A stretch of DNA of 64,000 bases. Source: SAR86 cluster bacterium (GTDB lineage: Bacteria; Pseudomonadota; Gammaproteobacteria; Magnimaribacterales; D2472). The stretch is from contig CP097971.1 in NCBI GenBank assembly GCA_023703615.1, positions 918,315 to 982,314 on the forward strand. Reading direction: 5' to 3'. Below the pieces are notes generated by a model. The model searched no databases and was not told where the DNA came from. It saw only the letters and a program-made list of their open reading frames with translations. This document shows positions 27,990 through 37,421 of this stretch, one piece after another. The position numbers were made by a program, and so were the translations under genes. Position 1 is the first letter of the stretch. The number at the start of each line of letters is the position of its first letter.

Positions 27990-29744
27990 TTAATTTGAAT
28001 TATTTAAAACAGATAGAGAAGTTAAACTTAGAGCAATACTGCTTATTATCGGTGCCCAAATTGAGGCTAATTGAAGAGAGGTAGCAAAATTAGTTGTTTG
28101 AGGTACGTATATTATTGAGCCTGGATAAATTAATTTTTTATTGCTGTCTTGAATAATAAATGAAAGTCTTGCATTAGAATTCAAATTCTCAGTTTCGCCG
28201 TTTGGATGAATGATAAAGATATTATCTTTATCAGCTGTTCTTAAGTATCCCCCTGCCTTATTAATATAAAATTCAATGTCCATATTAGGTGAGTACCTTA
28301 TTGCACCAGAATTACCAACCTCTCCCTGGACAAATACTTGTTGTGTTATTTGTGGAATCAATAACTGATCTCCATCTTCTAAGATAGTGTCTAGAGATGG
28401 ATAATTTTTGATTAGATCTAAATCAAATTCAGCAATGATTCTACCAGTTGGTTCTGTTTCCTTAAGTTGTAAAAGTAGATTACCTATTGCGGAATCTTGA
28501 TTTGCAGCTGATGCTCCATTTGTAATTAGATTTGTTATGAATTCATCATAAAGTCTTTCTTTTGAAGTCTCATTAACTTCTAACGCTTTTTTATTCTCAA
28601 GATATCCACCAAAAGGATATGCGGATGATTCATATCCACCTGCGGCAATGATTGCTTCACTTAGTTTTGTTCCCCGATTTAGCTTATAAGTACCTGGATT
28701 CATTACAGATCCAAGTATTGTAATTGTATCTACCTTATATTCCCTAATATAGATTGAATCATTATCAAAAAAATTTTCTGCATAAAGTTCGTCTAGTGAT
28801 AAATTAATTACTTGACTTTTTCCAGACGAGACTCTTTTAAGAACAATATTTTCATAGTCATTGTCTTTAGCAAATCCATTTGCAAAATTTAAAAGATCCT
28901 GAAAAGTATCACCCTCTTTAAGTTCATATGTAGCGGGCCTCATCACTCCTGATTCAAAAGAAACTAGTTTTCCTCTGGGGTTTACAACAATGCTATCCCC
29001 AGATCTTAATCCATTTGAAAAGTTATATTTACCGTAAATTAATACATCATATATATCCAATATATCAATAACTTCACCAGATCTAACTAAACTAATATTC
29101 CTATAGCTACCTATATCATTTATTCCTCCTGCCATACTCAAGGCATGAAGCATATTTGAGTTTCCATTTAGAGTATAAATACCTGGGTTATATGAATTTC
29201 CAACAATTAGAATATTTATATCTCTTATATTTTTTAATGAAATATATGCCTCAGTACCAATATAAGAATTCTTAACCTTTGCTTTGATTAGGCTGCTTGC
29301 ATCATTTAATGACAGTCCTGCAAGGTTAAGCTTTCCGATATCTGAAAGATTAATTGATCCATCTCTACTTATTGCATACTCATCAATATTATCTTTTTGA
29401 CCAATAAGCTGGATTTCAAGAACATCGCCAAAGTCAAGAATATATGAAGAATCAAGATTTGGCTCGTTTATTGGCATGAATGATGTCTGCATAACATCAA
29501 AAAAATCTGCTCCAAATATTGATGAAGCCAAATCATCTTCATCATCTTCATCTTTTTCTTTATCTACAAAAGTAGATGCTCTTCTGTAAACTGGTTCTTC
29601 AAGTTTTTTTTCTGCCTCCATTTTACTTTCTAAGTCTTGTCTGACTGTTTCTGGAAGGCTTTCTAAATATGATTCATCTAACTCTTGAGAGTAGGAAACT
29701 ATTGGAATTAAGAGCATAGCTGATAAAAGAATTTTTTTTGTCAA
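27990..29744 (-). CDS. periplasmic/outer-membrane polysaccharide export protein (KpsD/Wza family, multiple SLBB-like repeats)
   Basis: 584 aa. Signal peptide without a lipobox, 'YILDFGDVLEIQL' Poly_export-like motif, repeated 'PG.Y.L..G..L..ai..AGG' units and a C-terminal hydrophobic helix. TTG start overlaps the ihfA stop (TTGA). Confidence 0.8.
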   Translation of the reverse strand: MTKKILLSAMLLIPIVSYSQELDESYLESLPETVRQDLESKMEAEKKLEEPVYRRASTFVDKEKDEDDEDDLASSIFGADFFDVMQTSFMPINEPNLDSSYILDFGDVLEIQLIGQKDNIDEYAISRDGSINLSDIGKLNLAGLSLNDASSLIKAKVKNSYIGTEAYISLKNIRDINILIVGNSYNPGIYTLNGNSNMLHALSMAGGINDIGSYRNISLVRSGEVIDILDIYDVLIYGKYNFSNGLRSGDSIVVNPRGKLVSFESGVMRPATYELKEGDTFQDLLNFANGFAKDNDYENIVLKRVSSGKSQVINLSLDELYAENFFDNDSIYIREYKVDTITILGSVMNPGTYKLNRGTKLSEAIIAAGGYESSAYPFGGYLENKKALEVNETSKERLYDEFITNLITNGASAANQDSAIGNLLLQLKETEPTGRIIAEFDLDLIKNYPSLDTILEDGDQLLIPQITQQVFVQGEVGNSGAIRYSPNMDIEFYINKAGGYLRTADKDNIFIIHPNGETENLNSNARLSFIIQDSNKKLIYPGSIIYVPQTTNFATSLQLASIWAPIISSIALSLTSLSVLNNSN

Positions 29745-30016
29745 TTTATTTCTCTCTTTACATTCACTGAAGGCTTAAAATTTAATTTATCTACTTCAGG
29801 TATTATATATGAATCTAGTGTTTTTGGGTTTCTGCCAATACGTTTAGGTGTTTTTTTAAAACTAAAAGTACCAAAATTGCTTATTTTAACTAATTTAGAT
29901 TTAGATTTAGATTTAATGATCTCTAAGAATAACTCAAATAAACCTGAAGCATCATTGTTTGAAATTAAAGAGTTTTTTGCTAGATTTTTAATTATATTTT
30001 TCTTTCTTAAATTCAT
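29741..30016 (-). CDS. ihfA: integration host factor alpha / HU-family DNA-binding protein
   Basis: 91 aa. 'ISNFGTFSFKKTPKRIGRNPKT' beta-arm motif. Conserved position directly after pheT. Confidence 0.7.
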   Translation of the reverse strand: MNLRKKNIIKNLAKNSLISNNDASGLFELFLEIIKSKSKSKLVKISNFGTFSFKKTPKRIGRNPKTLDSYIIPEVDKLNFKPSVNVKREIN

Positions 30017-30022
30017 ATATTA

Positions 30023-31927
30023 TTAAATTCCTGGTATTGATACTCCTTCAATTTTTAAAGACTGATTTACAATGTCATTATAGATTAATTCTATTTGCGA
30101 TGAGGTAAGTGTTTGTTCTTTAGATTGAAAAATAAATCTAAAACCAATTTTTATTTCTTTTTGCTTTTCATTTTTAAAGTAATCGAAAATAAACATATCC
30201 TTAATAAGATCGCTTTTAAAGTTTAGTAATAAATCTTGAAGATCCTTTATTTTAGTATAGTCCTTAATTGAATATGAAATATCTTTAAAAGAGGAAGGTA
30301 ATTCAGATACAGGACTGTACTTATGAAAATGTTCTGGAGGTTTTGATTTTTCTTTATAAGATAGAATATCATTTGAGAAAATATCAATATCAACTTCTAA
30401 ACTGACTATTTCATTCTTTATTTTTGTATCTAATGAATCCCTTGATAATATTTTAAAATTAAAATTCTTATTTGGCAGTATTTCTTGAAATATATTTTCT
30501 AGGTATTTCTTATTAATTTTTTTTGAGAAATCTTGATAATTCAGGCCCACTCTTCCGCTTGCGATAATAGATAACTTTCTTTTCTTATGATGAACATCGT
30601 TAGATGTATATATGTCTGATATTTCAAATAATTTTATTGACTCTTTTTGCCTTCTCTCATTGTATAAAAGATTATCTAATAAAGAGTTAATTAAATTTGT
30701 TCTTAAAAATTCTCTGTTTGAATCTAACGGATTATCAACTTTTATTGCTTTATCCGAAGATAGAGGTACAAATGGAGAGTTAATAACTTCATAAAAACCA
30801 TGATCTAAAAGAAAGTATCTTAATTTATTCTCAATATCTTTTTGATTATGCTTATCATTTTTTAGAACATTTATATCTGCTCTTGAAATATTGTCATAGC
30901 CAATAACTCTTGCAACCTCTTCAGCTAGATCATTTTGGGTCTTAATATCACTTCTAAATGCTGGGACTTTTATAACATCATCCTGAATGCCAAACCCAAG
31001 CTTCTTGAGATAATTCAAATATTCATTTTTACCTATATCAATACCAATAATTTGATTTATTTTATCAATATTGACTGGTATTTGATGAATAATATTATCT
31101 TCATACTTATAAGAAACGATAGACATGTCTATTATTTTAGTATGTTCGGCTACAACTTTAATAAATCTTCTGAGTACGTTATCTTGACATTCATAATCAA
31201 CACCTCTTTCAAATTTATAAGATGCTTCTGATTGAATATCATACTTAACAGATTTACCTATAATTGCCTCTGGTTTAAAAAAAGCACATTCAATAATAAC
31301 TGTCTTCGTATCGGCTGAACATGAAGTACTATTTCCACCGACAACTCCTGCAAGATTAATTACAACATTATTTAATGAAAATACTGCATTCTTACCTTTA
31401 AGAGAAATTTTTTTATCAAGCAATGTTTCAAATTCTTCATTTTTTTCTATCTCATGGAATACTAGCTTGTTGTTAATTGTATTTGCATCATAGCAATGAG
31501 TTGGCTGACCTGTTTCATAGGAAAGATAGTTAGATACATCTGTAAAGAAGTTATTTTTATTTAAACCAAAATCTGAAAAATAATTATCTAAAGAGTTTTT
31601 ATATGTTTCTGGAACTTGATCAATTTCTAGTTTAAGAAATGATATTTTAGGGCAAATGCTTTGTGATAGATTCTCAAAATCTAGCTCAAGTTCATTAAGT
31701 TTTTCAGTAAATACCTCTCGATTAGGTTGAACTGTATAAAAAACAGCTAATTCTCTTAATAAGCCATTTATTGAAAGGCAATCGCCTCTATTAGGAGTGA
31801 ATTCCATATCAAAAATGCCGCTGTCAATTTCGTGCTCATGGCCAAGTTGAAATAAGCTATCAGATATTTGTTTAATACTGGGTTTTTCTTCTATGTATTG
31901 AACTAAATGGCTATAAGATATTTTCAT
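30023..31927 (-). CDS. pheT: phenylalanine--tRNA ligase beta subunit, lacking the OB-fold (B2) tRNA-binding domain
   Basis: 634 aa. 'FTPNRGDCLS', B3/4 and B5 regions, and a C-terminal FDX-ACB-like domain. The N-terminus runs from 'LGHEHEID' straight into 'FDMEFTPNRGDC'. Confidence 0.9.
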   Translation of the reverse strand: MKISYSHLVQYIEEKPSIKQISDSLFQLGHEHEIDSGIFDMEFTPNRGDCLSINGLLRELAVFYTVQPNREVFTEKLNELELDFENLSQSICPKISFLKLEIDQVPETYKNSLDNYFSDFGLNKNNFFTDVSNYLSYETGQPTHCYDANTINNKLVFHEIEKNEEFETLLDKKISLKGKNAVFSLNNVVINLAGVVGGNSTSCSADTKTVIIECAFFKPEAIIGKSVKYDIQSEASYKFERGVDYECQDNVLRRFIKVVAEHTKIIDMSIVSYKYEDNIIHQIPVNIDKINQIIGIDIGKNEYLNYLKKLGFGIQDDVIKVPAFRSDIKTQNDLAEEVARVIGYDNISRADINVLKNDKHNQKDIENKLRYFLLDHGFYEVINSPFVPLSSDKAIKVDNPLDSNREFLRTNLINSLLDNLLYNERRQKESIKLFEISDIYTSNDVHHKKRKLSIIASGRVGLNYQDFSKKINKKYLENIFQEILPNKNFNFKILSRDSLDTKIKNEIVSLEVDIDIFSNDILSYKEKSKPPEHFHKYSPVSELPSSFKDISYSIKDYTKIKDLQDLLLNFKSDLIKDMFIFDYFKNEKQKEIKIGFRFIFQSKEQTLTSSQIELIYNDIVNQSLKIEGVSIPGI

Positions 31928-32649
31928 TTGAACTGGCTCAAAAAATCTAAGTTAGACTTATAAAACTCTCTTATATCTGATACCCCATGTTTTAGCATAG
32001 CTATTCTTTCAATTCCTAGGCCAAATGCTAGACCGCTATACTTATTTGAATCTATATTACAATTTTCTAGAACAACTGGATTTACTAATCCACATCCTAG
32101 TATTTCAAGCCATTTACCTTCATTTGATAGGATATCAACCTCAGCTGAAGGCTCTGTAAATGGAAAGTATGAGGGTCTGAACCTTAATTCAACATCTCCA
32201 CCAAATAGTGAGTTGATAATTTTATAAATAAGGTCTTTAAGCTGAGCAAAACTTATATTCTCATCGACATATATACCCTCAACCTGATGAAACATAGGCA
32301 AGTGAGTTGCATCATCATCCTTTCTATATACTTTTCCGCCAGAAATAAACGCTAATGGTGGTTTTTTTTTAAGCATACCTCTTATTTGAACCGGCGATGT
32401 ATGAGTTCTTAGAAGAAATGACTTATTTTCAACATAAAATGTATCATGCATTTGTCTTGCAGGATGCGATTTTTTTATATTAAGCATATCAAAATTAAAT
32501 TCTTCTGTTTCTATTTCTGGTCCATCAATAATCTCAAAACCAAAAGAAGTTAGAAGATTCATAATAGAATCTTTCATATGATTTATTGGATGGAGTGTTC
32601 CCCGATCTTCAACTAACTCAGGAGGTAAAATGTCTTTTTGTTCTGACAT
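31924..32649 (-). CDS. pheS: phenylalanine--tRNA ligase alpha subunit, lacking the N-terminal coiled-coil
   Basis: 241 aa. 'HPARQMHDTFY', 'LLRTHTSPVQIR', 'FRPSYFPFTEPSAEVD' and 'GLAFGLGIERIAMLK'. An upstream in-frame stop at 32680-32682 and the rplT stop at 32663 leave no room for an N-domain. Confidence 0.9.
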   Translation of the reverse strand: MSEQKDILPPELVEDRGTLHPINHMKDSIMNLLTSFGFEIIDGPEIETEEFNFDMLNIKKSHPARQMHDTFYVENKSFLLRTHTSPVQIRGMLKKKPPLAFISGGKVYRKDDDATHLPMFHQVEGIYVDENISFAQLKDLIYKIINSLFGGDVELRFRPSYFPFTEPSAEVDILSNEGKWLEILGCGLVNPVVLENCNIDSNKYSGLAFGLGIERIAMLKHGVSDIREFYKSNLDFLSQFK

Positions 32650-32662
32650 TAAATCAGTACTT

Positions 32663-33010
32663 CTAGCTAGTGGCTGTTCTTACAATCTTCTCAAAAGTTG
32701 CATTATCAGAAATTGCTATGTCAGAAAGAATTTTTCTATCTAAAGCTATTTCTTTTTTAGACAATGAATTTATAAGATCAGAATATGAAACACCAAGGTC
32801 TCTCGCTCCAGCATTTATCCTAGCTATCCAAAGTGATCTGAAAGATCTTTTTTTATTCTTTCTGTCTCTAAAGGCATATTGCATCGATTTGATGTTAGAT
32901 TGTTTTGCAGTTTTATATAGCCTGCTTCTAGCACCATAATGACCCTTAGTAGCACTTAATACTTTCTTATGTTTTGCTCTTGCTGTTACTGATTTTGTTA
33001 CTCTTGGCAT
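32663..33010 (-). CDS. rplT: 50S ribosomal protein L20
   Basis: '[18 protein letters not shown]...[14 protein letters not shown]'. Confidence 0.97.
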   Translation of the reverse strand: MPRVTKSVTARAKHKKVLSATKGHYGARSRLYKTAKQSNIKSMQYAFRDRKNKKRSFRSLWIARINAGARDLGVSYSDLINSLSKKEIALDRKILSDIAISDNATFEKIVRTATS

Positions 33011-33015
33011 GGTTA

Positions 33016-33210
33016 TTACCTTCTAATTAATACGGAAGCCATCTTAAGAACAGTTCCACTTAACTTATTTAGACCCCTATTATGTCTTTTTCTTTTTGTA
33101 GACTGCTTAGTAAGAATGTGATTTCTATTAGCGCTTTTACTTTTAACAGAAGAGCCTGTCTTCTTAAATCGCTTGGCAGCACCAGAATGTGTTTTTAATT
33201 TATAACCCAT
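33016..33210 (-). CDS. rpmI: 50S ribosomal protein L35
   Basis: '[18 protein letters not shown]...[12 protein letters not shown]'. Confidence 0.95.
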   Translation of the reverse strand: MGYKLKTHSGAAKRFKKTGSSVKSKSANRNHILTKQSTKRKRHNRGLNKLSGTVLKMASVLIRR

Positions 33211-33228
33211 ATTTATTATTCTGTATAA

Positions 33229-33762
33229 TTACTTCTTTTTTAAAGGTGATAAGACCATCAGCAACTGTCTACCTTCAAGAGAAGGCTCTTGGTCTACCTG
33301 TGATATATCTTCTAGCTCATCTCTTAACCTATTAAGTAAATTAAGACCAATGTCACTGTTCAATATTTCTCTACCTCTAAAACGGACACTTATTTTAGTC
33401 TTATCTCCGTCAAGAATAAAGCTTTTAATCTTTTTTAATTTAATATTATAGTCCCCAATATCTATTGATGGCCTAAATTTAATTTCTTTAGTAGTATTTT
33501 TCTTTACTTTAGTTTTTGATGATGCAGTATTTTTTTTCTTATTAAAGAGATGTTTGCCATAGTCTAAAAGCTTGCATACAACTGGATTGGAGTCTTGTGG
33601 TGAGACCTGAACGAGGTCCAGAGAAGCATCTTTTGCTTTACCTAAAGCTTGCTCAAAAGAGACTAAACCTTGTTTAGTTCCATCAGCATCAATTAGCATT
33701 ACCTCAGCAGCTTTAATTTTTTCATTAATTAAAGATGATTGTTTTCTTTGAATAACTATAAT
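33229..33762 (-). CDS. infC: translation initiation factor IF-3 (non-AUG, probable AUU start)
   Basis: The conserved N-terminus 'INEKIKAAEVMLIDADG' lies upstream of the first ATG. The frame is open to the stop at 33769-33771. ATT at 33762-33760 is preceded by tAGGTatcg. Confidence 0.9.
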   Translation of the reverse strand: MIVIQRKQSSLINEKIKAAEVMLIDADGTKQGLVSFEQALGKAKDASLDLVQVSPQDSNPVVCKLLDYGKHLFNKKKNTASSKTKVKKNTTKEIKFRPSIDIGDYNIKLKKIKSFILDGDKTKISVRFRGREILNSDIGLNLLNRLRDELEDISQVDQEPSLEGRQLLMVLSPLKKK

Positions 33763-33914
33763 CGATACCTAGTGTTAGAGGTTATAAGGAAGTTGATGCA
33801 TTATTAAAATTTTAACAAGGATATTAAATAATGATTGGTGTAAGGTAATAAATACATATTTTCGTGAATTTTAAACTAAATATAATTTTTGGCAAATTAT
33901 TTGTGAAAACTTTA

Positions 33915-34514
33915 TTAGGGTTGGAGAAAAGATAAATTCCATTGGGAACCAGCTTTTTTATACAATCGTCTCTTGTTTATCCTTGTTTGGTGCCCTTCCC
34001 AGAATTCAAAACAATATGGTTCAAATGAAAAACCTCCCCAGTATTTTGGTCTAGTTAGAGGATACGAAATATTTTGTGAGTTTTTTTTCATTTTTTCTAA
34101 GAAATTATTATAGGAATCTACCTCTTTGGATTGCTCTGAAGTTATAGCTAAGATATTTTTTTCTGAATTTCTCAACTTAAAATGATTATCACTAAAACTA
34201 CTTCTAGTTTTTTTTATTTTTGCTTTTATTCTTATTTGAACATCGATTTTTTCCCAGTAAAAAAGTGCTGAGATTTTTTTATTATCACTGAATTGAATAG
34301 CTTTTGGACTTGAATAATTACTAAAAAAAATCCATTCAGATCCCTCGATATATTTTAAATTCACAAACCTTGAATCTACCTCTTTTGTCTTAGAACAAAA
34401 AGAACTTATAGCAACTGCTTCTATTGCTGGTTGTTTATGTTTAATAGCAGAGACATAGAAGTTTTTAAATATGCTGTATGGCTTCGATTTGTCAATTTTT
34501 TTAAATTTTATCAA
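33915..34514 (-). CDS. pdxH: pyridoxamine 5'-phosphate oxidase
   Basis: 199 aa. C-terminus 'YWGGFSFEPYCFEFWEGHQTRINKRRLY...WNLSFLQP' is the PdxH signature. Confidence 0.85.
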   Translation of the reverse strand: MIKFKKIDKSKPYSIFKNFYVSAIKHKQPAIEAVAISSFCSKTKEVDSRFVNLKYIEGSEWIFFSNYSSPKAIQFSDNKKISALFYWEKIDVQIRIKAKIKKTRSSFSDNHFKLRNSEKNILAITSEQSKEVDSYNNFLEKMKKNSQNISYPLTRPKYWGGFSFEPYCFEFWEGHQTRINKRRLYKKAGSQWNLSFLQP

Positions 34515-34588
34515 AAGAAAAATGGAGTTAATATAAATTATAAATAGTATAATGTTTTAGTTATTAAATAAAAAGAACATTTGTAAAT

Positions 34589-35659
34589 ATGAAAAAAATT
34601 GCTCTTATAACTGGTATAGCTGGTCAAGATGGAGCCTATCTAGCTAGGTATCTCTTAAAGAAAGGTTACGAGGTACATGGAGTCAAGAGACGAGCCTCAT
34701 CGTTTAATACCAAGCGTGTTGATGATATTTATGATGATCCAAACGAAAGCAATGTAAATTTTTATATGCATTATGGAGACCTTACTGATGGATCAAATCT
34801 CATTAGATTAATACAAGATATTCAGCCAAATGAAATATACAATCTTGCAGCACAATCACATGTACAGGTGAGTTTTGAAACTGCTGAATATACTTCAAAT
34901 GCAGATGCAATAGGAACGCTTAGAATTCTTGAAGCGATTAGAATTTTAGGTTTAACTGATAAAACCCGTTTTTATCAAGCCTCAACTTCAGAGTTATATG
35001 GAAAGGTTCAAGAAGTACCGCAGTCTGAAAAAACACCATTTTATCCAAGATCACCATATGCAGTAGCGAAACTATATGCATATTGGATAACTGTCAATTA
35101 TAGAGAGGCTTATAATATTCATGCGTCTAATGGAATTCTTTTTAATCATGAAAGCCCTATAAGAGGGGAAACATTCGTAACTCAAAAAATAGCCATGGCG
35201 GTGGCCAATATTCATTTGAAAAAACAAAGCTGCCTATTTCTTGGCAATCTTGATGCCAAAAGAGATTGGGGCCATGCCAAAGACTATATTGAAGGAATGT
35301 ATAAAATAGTTCAAAACAATGAGGCAGATGACTTTGTTCTTGCTACAGGAAGAACTGAAACAGTAAGAAAGTTTGTTGAGATGGCTTTTAAGCAAATTAA
35401 TAAAGTTATAGATTGGAGCGGTTCTGAAGTTGACGAAATTGGAAAAGATTCGCAGACAGGAGAAACGCTTGTTCAAGTATCACCAAAGTATTTTAGACCA
35501 ACAGAAGTAGATATTTTAATAGGTGATCCGTCAAAAGCTAAAAATATTTTAGGGTGGAAGGCAAAAACTTCTCTTGAGGATATTGTTGAAGAAATGGTTC
35601 GCTACGCCATCATTAACAGCAACTCCACAAAAGAAAAAAATCAATTAGCTGATTTTTAA
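34589..35659 (+). CDS. gmd: GDP-mannose 4,6-dehydratase
   Basis: '[37 protein letters not shown]', '[10 protein letters not shown]' and '[15 protein letters not shown]'. Confidence 0.95.
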   Translation: MKKIALITGIAGQDGAYLARYLLKKGYEVHGVKRRASSFNTKRVDDIYDDPNESNVNFYMHYGDLTDGSNLIRLIQDIQPNEIYNLAAQSHVQVSFETAEYTSNADAIGTLRILEAIRILGLTDKTRFYQASTSELYGKVQEVPQSEKTPFYPRSPYAVAKLYAYWITVNYREAYNIHASNGILFNHESPIRGETFVTQKIAMAVANIHLKKQSCLFLGNLDAKRDWGHAKDYIEGMYKIVQNNEADDFVLATGRTETVRKFVEMAFKQINKVIDWSGSEVDEIGKDSQTGETLVQVSPKYFRPTEVDILIGDPSKAKNILGWKAKTSLEDIVEEMVRYAIINSNSTKEKNQLADF

Positions 35660-36595
35660 ATGTCTAAATATTTCTTTGATATAAAGGGGAAAAAGATATT
35701 TATTGCTGGGCATAATGGAATGGTAGGAAGCGCTGTTCTTAGAAAATTAATTGGCGAAGATTGCATTATTCTAACTGCAAATCGCTCCGATCTAAATCTT
35801 ATTGATCAAAATGAGGTAAACGAATGGTTTAATGTAAATAGACCGGATGTCGTTGTGTTATGTGCCGCAAAAGTAGGTGGGATACATGCAAATAATGAAT
35901 TTCCTGTGGATTTCTTATATAACAATTTAATGATAGAAACTAATATTATTAATGCCTCTTACCAGAATAATGTAAAAAAATTGGTTTTCTTGGGCTCAAG
36001 TTGTATTTATCCAAGAGATTGCCAACAACCAATGAATGAAAAGTATTTATTAACTGGTCAGTTAGAATCTACTAATCAATGGTATGCCATTGCCAAAATA
36101 GCTGGAATCAAGTTATGTCAAGCATACCGCAAGCAATATGGAAAAGACTATATTTCAGCAATGCCAACAAACTTATATGGTCCTGGTGATAATTATGATC
36201 TTGCTACAAGCCATGTTATTCCAGCATTACTAAGAAAATGTCATGAAGCAAAAATTAATAATGATGAATTTATGGAAGTATGGGGAACAGGAAAGGTTAA
36301 ACGAGAATTTCTTCATGTTGATGATTGTGCAGATGCAATAGTATTTTTACTTAAGTATTATTCAGATAATGAACAGATAAATGTGGGTACAGGAACAGAT
36401 GTCACAATTGAAGGGTTAACTAATATTATCCAAGAAGTTATTGGTTATGATGGCAAACTACAATTTGACACTACAAAGCCAGATGGCACGCCAAGAAAGC
36501 TTTTAGATACATCAAGAATTAATTCGCTTGGCTGGAGCCCCAAAATTTCTTTAAAAAAGGGAATACAACAAGTCTATAAAGATTATATTAAATAG
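35660..36595 (+). CDS. fcl: GDP-L-fucose synthase
   Basis: 'IFIAGHNGMVGSAV', 'LGSSCIYP', 'YAIAKIAG' and 'PTNLYGPGDNY'. Confidence 0.95.
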   Translation: MSKYFFDIKGKKIFIAGHNGMVGSAVLRKLIGEDCIILTANRSDLNLIDQNEVNEWFNVNRPDVVVLCAAKVGGIHANNEFPVDFLYNNLMIETNIINASYQNNVKKLVFLGSSCIYPRDCQQPMNEKYLLTGQLESTNQWYAIAKIAGIKLCQAYRKQYGKDYISAMPTNLYGPGDNYDLATSHVIPALLRKCHEAKINNDEFMEVWGTGKVKREFLHVDDCADAIVFLLKYYSDNEQINVGTGTDVTIEGLTNIIQEVIGYDGKLQFDTTKPDGTPRKLLDTSRINSLGWSPKISLKKGIQQVYKDYIK

Positions 36596-36596
36596 G

Positions 36597-37397
36597 TTAT
36601 TTATATTTATTTACTGCCCAATCTTTATTAAAAATAATTTCATTGTCCTTTGACTTCTTTAGCCAGGGTTTTAGTTTTGATTTAGAGGTTGGTTTTTTTA
36701 TAAAAAAGGCAAATAAATTTTGCTGCTTCTTAAAGATCTTTATAAAAACCAAATAAAAGGGTAAAACTGATTTCAAAAAAATTGTCTTTAAAGTTCCTCT
36801 TTTTTCCAGAGCAGCGGTACATGGAAATGCAGCCCCATATTTGTATTGAAATTCATGATCGTAGCATGGTGAATATGTATTTATAGTCTTCTCAATTTCC
36901 CTTTCAGTCCATCTGTATATGTAATTAGGTATTTGAGTGTTATTAATACCTCCATATTTACAGTCATTATGATAAACAGCTGCATGCTCATATGTTTGAG
37001 TCAGATTAAGCCTCTCAAATAGATTCATTAATAATGAATCACGAGATTCAAATGCTAGGACTCCATATTTACAAACTCTAAATAACTCTAGAAGTGTTTT
37101 GTGAGGCATTGATGTATGATGAATTGCTGCGTGAATTACTACATAATCATAAGATTCATTATCATAAGATAGGTCTTGAGCATTTTGAAGATCCCATTTA
37201 AATGGAGCATATTCTTTTTCAGGAGTTCTAGTATCTAAATTAGTTATTGTAACATTTTCAAACCCAAGCTCATTAAAGACAGATTTATCTAGCAACCCTC
37301 CTCCACATATAAGAATAGATGATCCATTATTTGGTATTAATTCTTTCACAGTTTCAAAGTAAAAATCATTCCTTTGATATAAGTTTTTAGATTTCAT
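36597..37397 (-). CDS. putative class I SAM-dependent methyltransferase
   Basis: 'ILICGGGLLDKSVFNELGFENVTITNLD' (motif I-like) and 'YDYVVIHAAIHH'. Confidence 0.5.
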   Translation of the reverse strand: MKSKNLYQRNDFYFETVKELIPNNGSSILICGGGLLDKSVFNELGFENVTITNLDTRTPEKEYAPFKWDLQNAQDLSYDNESYDYVVIHAAIHHTSMPHKTLLELFRVCKYGVLAFESRDSLLMNLFERLNLTQTYEHAAVYHNDCKYGGINNTQIPNYIYRWTEREIEKTINTYSPCYDHEFQYKYGAAFPCTAALEKRGTLKTIFLKSVLPFYLVFIKIFKKQQNLFAFFIKKPTSKSKLKPWLKKSKDNEIIFNKDWAVNKYK

Positions 37398-37421
37398 ATT
37401 TAAGATTTTTATTACATATTA

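Noticed and set aside
33763-33914. 152-bp region upstream of infC, examined for thrS, a leader peptide or a T-box-like element.
   Set aside because: There is no ORF, no recognisable specifier or T-box sequence, and thrS is not encoded here. It is most simply the infC operon promoter region.
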